From the NCBI RefSeq assembly GCF_009914755.1, contig NC_060925.1: 64,000 bases of DNA; one strand, 5' to 3'. How positions within the stretch are numbered: the stretch's first letter is position 1; each line of letters starts with the position of its first letter. The DNA comes from the human T2T-CHM13v2.0 reference genome, Homo sapiens. The translations under genes were made by a program, and so were the position numbers. The notes under the pieces are model-generated. The model was not told the DNA's origin. It did no database searches and saw only the letters and a program-made list of their open reading frames with translations. Shown piece after piece: positions 58,701-64,000 of this stretch.

Positions 58701-60831
58701 ATTCGAATCCATTCGATGATGAGTCCATCCATTTCAATTTCATGACAATTCCATTCGTTTCAATTCGATGGTGTTTCCATTCGATTGCACTCGATGTTGA
58801 TTCCATTAGTTTCCATTGGATGATGATTCCATTCGAGTCCATTCAATGATGATCACATTGGATTTCATTCCATAATTCTATTCGATTCCATTTGATGATG
58901 ATTCCATCTGATTCCATTTGATGATCCCATTCGATTCCATTCGATGATGATTCCATTCGTTTCCATCCGATGATGATTCCATTCGATTCCGTTCAATGAT
59001 TATTCCATTCGAGTCCATTCGATGATTCCATTCGATTCCATTCGATGATGATTGCATTCGAGTCCATGGACTCTTCCATTCCATTCCATTAGATGATTCC
59101 ATTCCAGTCCATTCGATGATTCTCTTCGATTCCATTCGATAAATCCGTTTGATTCCGTTTGATGTTGATTCCATTCGAGTCCATTCGATGATAATTCCAT
59201 TCGATTCTATGCGATGATTCCATTCCATTCCATTTGGAGGCGGTTCCATTCGAGACCATTCGTTGATTGCATTCAATTCATTCGATGACGATTCCATTCA
59301 ATTCCGTTCAATGATTCCATTAGATTCCATTTGATGATGATTCCATTCGATTCCATTTGATGATGATTCCATGCGATTCCATTAGATGATGACTCCTTTA
59401 TTTTCCATTCAATGAGTATTCCATTCGGTTCCATTTGATGATGATTCCTTTGAATTCCGTTTGATGACAATTCAATTCAATACCAATTGATGATGGTTAT
59501 TTTTGATTCCATTTGATGATGATTACATTCGATTCCATTTCATCATGATTCCATTCGATTCCACTCGATGATTCCATTCGATTCCATTCAATGATTATTC
59601 CACTTGAGTCGATTCGATGACTCCATTCGATTGTATTCGATGGTGATTGAATTCGAGTCCATGGATTAATCCATTGCATTCCATTCGATGATTCCATTCG
59701 AGTCCATTCGATGATTCTATTCGATTACATTCGATAATTCCATTCGATTGCATTCGATAAATCCATTTGATTCCATTTGAGGATAATTCCTTTTGAGTCC
59801 ATTCGATGATTGTTCCATTCGATTCTATTCGGTGATTCCATTCGACTTCATTTGATAATGATTCCATTCGAGACCATTCGATGATTCTATTCAATTCCAT
59901 TCAATAATGATTCCATTCGAGTCCATTCAACGATTCCATTCAAGTCCATTCGATGATTCCATCTGATTCCATTCAATGAATCCATGCGATTCCATTCTAT
60001 GATGATTCCATTCATTTCCATCTGATGATGATTCCTTTCGATTCCATTCAATGATTCCTTTCGATTCCATTTGATGATGATTTCAATCAATTTCATTCGA
60101 TGATTCCATTCGAATCCATTCGATGATGAGTCCATCCATTTCTATTTCATGATAATTCCATTCGTTTCAATTCGATGGTGTTTCCATTCGATTCCATTCG
60201 ATGTTGATTCCATTAGTTTCCATTGGATGATGATTCCATTCGAGTCCATTCGATGATGATCACAATGGATTTCATTCCGTAATTCTATTCGATTCCATTT
60301 GATGATGATTCCATCTGATTCCATTTGATGATTCCATTCGTTTCCATCCGATGATGATTCCATTCGATTCCGTTCAATGATTATTCCATTCGAGTCCATT
60401 CGATGATTCCATTCGATTCCATTCGCTGATGATTGCATTCGAGTCCATGGATTCTTCCATTCCATTCCATTAGATGATTCCATTCGAGCCCATTCGATGA
60501 TTCTCTTCGATTCCATTGGATAATTCCGTTTGATTCCGTTTGATGTTGATTCCATTCGAGTCCATTCGATGATAATTCCATTCGATTCTATGCGATGATT
60601 CCATTCCATTCCATTTGGAGGTGGTTCCATTCGAGACCATTCGTTGATTGCATTCAATTCATTCGATGACCATTCCATTCAATTCCGTTCAATGATTCCA
60701 TTAGATTCCATTTGATGATGATTCCATTCGATTCCATTTGATGATGATTCCATGCGATTCCATTAGATGATGACTCCTTTCATTTCCATTCAATGAGGAT
60801 TCCATTCGGTTCCATTTGATGATGATTCCTT
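49746..60831 (+). repeat. ~4.25-kb block duplicated at +6,839 bp (approx. 49746-53992 and 56585-60831), with a ~2.6-kb spacer of different monomer variants
   Basis: ORFs match at +6839 (49870/56709, 50260/57099, 51641/58480, 53303/60142). Shared private variants include CATGAAAAATCC, CAATACGATGG, CCACGGATTAA and GGAGGCGG. Confidence 0.87.
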
Positions 60832-63800
60832 TCAATTCCGTTTGATGACAATTCCATTCAATACCAATTGATGATGGTTATTTTTGATTCCATTTGATGA
60901 TGATTACTTTCGATTCCATTTGATCATGATTCCATTCGATTCCACTCGATGATTCCATTCAATGATGATTCCATTCGAGTTCATTGACTATTCCATTCCA
61001 TTTCAATCGATGATTCCTTTCAAGTCCATTCGATGATTCTATTCGATTGCATTCGATTATTCCATTCGATTGCATTCGATAATTCCATTCGATTCCATTT
61101 GAGGATAATTCCATTTGAGTCCATTCGATGATTGTTCCATTCGATTCTATTCGGTGATTCCATTCTATTCCATTTGATAATGATTCCATTCGCGACCATT
61201 CGATGATTCCATTCAATTCCATTCAATAATGATTCCATTCGAGTCCATTCAATGATTCCATTCAAGTCCATTCGATGATTCCATCTGATTCCATTCAATG
61301 AATCCATTCGATTCCATTCTATGATGATTCCATTCATTTCCATCTGATGATGATTCCACTCGATTCCATTCAATGATTCCATTCGATTCCATTTGATGAT
61401 GATTTCAATCAATTTCATTCGATGATTCCATTCGAATCCATTCGATGATGAGTCCATCCATTTCAATTTCATGATAATTCCATTCGTTTCAATTCGATGG
61501 TGTTTCCATTCGATTCCATTCGATGTTGATTCCATTAGTTTCCATTGGATGATGATTCCATTCGAGTCCATTCGATGATGATCACAATGGATTTCATTCC
61601 ATAATTCTATTCGATTCCATTTGATGATGATTCCATCTGATTCCATTTGATGATTCCATTCGTTTCCATCCGATGATGATTCCATTCGATTCCGTTCAAT
61701 GATTATTCCATTCGAGTCCATTCGATGATTCCATTCGATTCCATTCGATGATGATTGCATTCGAGTCCATGGATTCTTCCATTCCATTCCATTAGATGAT
61801 TCCATTCCAGTCCATTCGATGATTCTCTTCGATTCCATTCGATAAATCCGTTTGATTCCGTTTGATGTTGATTCCATTCGAGTCCATTCGATGATAATTC
61901 CATTCGATTCTATGCGATGATTCCATTCCATTCCATTTGGAGGCGGTTCCATTCGAGACCATTCGTTGATTGCATTCAATTCATTCGATGACGATTCCAT
62001 TCAATTCCGTTCAATGATTCCATTAGATTCCATTTGATGATGATTCCATTCGATTCCATTTGATGATGATTCCATGCGATTCCATTAGATGATGACTCCT
62101 TTATTTTCCATTCAATGAGTATTCCATTCGGTTCCATTTGATGATGATTCCTTTGAATTCCGTTTGATGACAATTCAATTCAATACCAATTGATGATGTT
62201 TATTTTTGATTCCATTTGATGATGATTACATTCGATTCCATTTGATCATGATTCCATTCGATTCCACTCGATGATTCCATTCGATTCCATTCAATGATTA
62301 TTCCACTTGAGTCGATTCGATGACTCCATTCGATTGTATTCGATGGTGATTGAATTCGAGTCCATGGATTAATCCATTGCATTCCATTCAATGATTCCAT
62401 TCGAGTCCATTCGATGATTCTATTCGATTACATTCGATAATTCCATTCGATTGCATTCGATAAATCCATTTGATTCCATTTGAGGATAATTCCTTTTGAG
62501 TCCATTCGATGATTGTTCCATTCGATTCTATTCGGTGATTCCATTCGACTTCATTTGATAATGATTCCATTCGAGACCATTCGATGATTCTATTCAATTC
62601 CATTCAATAATGATTCCATTCGAGTCCATTCAACGATTCCATTCAAGTCCATTCGATGATTCCATCTGATTCCATTCAATGAATCCATGCGATTCCATTC
62701 TATGATGATTCCATTCATTTCCATCTGATGATGATTCCTTTCGATTCCATTCAATGATTCCTTTCGATTCCATTTGATGATGATTTCAATCAATTTCATT
62801 CGATGATTCCATTCGAATCCATTCGATGATGAGTCCATCCATTTCTATTTCATGATAATTCCATTCGTTTCAATTCGATGGTGTTTCCATTCGATTCCAT
62901 TCGATGTTGATTCCATTAGTTTCCATTGGATGATGATTCCATTCGAGTCCATTCGATGATGATCACAATGGATTTCATTCCGTAATTCTATTCGATTCCA
63001 TTTGATGATGATTCCATCTGATTCCATTTGATGATTCCATTCGTTTCCATCCGATGATGATTCCATTCGATTCCGTTCAATGATTATTCCATTCGAGTCC
63101 ATTCGATGATTCCATTCGATTCCATTCGCTGATGATTGCATTCGAGTCCATGGATTCTTCCATTCCATTCCATTAGATGATTCCATTCGAGCCCATTCGA
63201 TGATTCTCTTCGATTCCATTGGATAATTCCGTTTGATTCCGTTTGATGTTGATTCCATTCGAGTCCATTCGATGATAATTCCATTCGATTCTATGCGATG
63301 ATTCCATTCCATTCCATTTGGAGGTGGTTCCATTCGAGACCATTCGTTGATTGCATTCAATTCATTCGATGACCATTCCATTCAATTCCGTTCAATTATT
63401 CCATTAGATTCCATTTGATGATGATTCCATTCGATTCCATTTGATGATGATTCCATGCGATTCCATTAGATGATGACTCCTTTCATTTCCATTCAATGAG
63501 GATTCCATTCGGTTCCATTTGATGATGATTCCTTTCAATTCCGTTTGATGACAATTCCATTCAATACCAATAGATGATGGTTATTTTTGATTCCATTTGA
63601 TGATGATTACTTTCGATTCCATTTGATCATGATTCCATTCGATTCCACTTGATGATTCCATTCAATGATGATTCCATTCGAGTTCATTGACTATTCCATT
63701 CCATTTCAATCGATGATTCCTTTCAAGTCCATTCGATGATTCTATTCGATTGCATTCGATTATTCCATTCGATTGCATTCGATAATTCCATTCGATTCCA

Positions 63801-64000
63801 TTTGAGGATAATTCCATTTGAGTCCATTCGATGATTGTTCCATTCGATTCTATTCGGTGATTCCATTCTATTCCATTTGATAATGATTCCATTCGCGACC
63901 ATTCGATGATTCCATTCAATTCCATTCAATAATGATTCCATTCGAGTCCATTCAATGATTCCATTCAAGTCCATTCGATGATTCCATCTGATTCCATTCA
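58945..64000 (+). repeat. Tandem duplication with a 2,703-bp unit (1381+1322); the second copy runs off the window end
   Basis: ORFs recur at +2703 (59273/61976, 59887/62590, 60142/62845, 60959/63662). Shared variants include GAGTATTCC, CGAGCCCATT, CATTCTATTCC and CGCGACC. Confidence 0.87.

Larger units (their letters stand above)
1..64000 (+). repeat. Human satellite 2 (HSat2/HSATII) pericentromeric array with a ~1.3-1.4 kb monomer; probably the chr1q12-type HSat2A family (chromosome assignment not verifiable here)
   Basis: Seen: continuous CATTCGATTC / CATTCGATGATGATTC 23- and 26-bp sub-repeats, very dense TCGA and GANTC sites, few pure (CATTC)n runs, and one orientation throughout. Established: this is the HSat2 rather than HSat3 signature. 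The chromosome and subfamily are inferred from the monomer length only. Confidence 0.97.

Noticed and set aside
1-64000. CRISPR-like or other prokaryotic repeat-spacer system
   Set aside because: There are no unique spacers and no cas or other genes; every segment is itself satellite-derived and periodic.
1-64000. HSat3, alpha satellite or CENP-B boxes
   Set aside because: Pure CATTC runs reach only about three units and the CATTCGATTC/ATGATG pattern is HSat2. I saw no 171-bp period and no CENP-B box.
1-64000. Strand inversion or embedded transposon (L1/Alu)
   Set aside because: CATTC stays on + throughout, and monomer spacings account for every base between 679 and 63381, leaving no room for an insertion.

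Overview
The entire 64 kb window is one uninterrupted classical satellite array of the human satellite 2 (HSat2/HSATII) type. It is built from diverged CATTC pentamers arranged as 23/26-bp ATTCCATTCG-ATTCCATTCG-ATG(ATG) sub-units, with the CATTC strand always on +. I see no gene, RNA gene, transposon or inversion; the ORF track is an artefact of the stop-poor GAATG strand. The informative signal is hierarchical structure. There are about 47 monomers of about 1.3-1.4 kb, and their lengths are explained by two binary modules (+/-59 bp and +/-26 bp, giving 1322/1348/1381/1407 bp) plus a few private indels. These monomers are assembled into nested, near-identical higher-order repeats: a 12,273-bp 9-mer (2.35 copies), a 5,442-bp 4-mer (2 copies), a 4.25-kb block repeated 6,839 bp away, and a 2,703-bp dimer. 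Recombination junctions can be mapped between them. Each monomer carries two DUX4-consensus motifs, and long-type monomers carry a 14-bp palindrome with a double TAATCC homeodomain core. Coordinates come from manual reading and ORF-track offsets, so boundaries are approximate.
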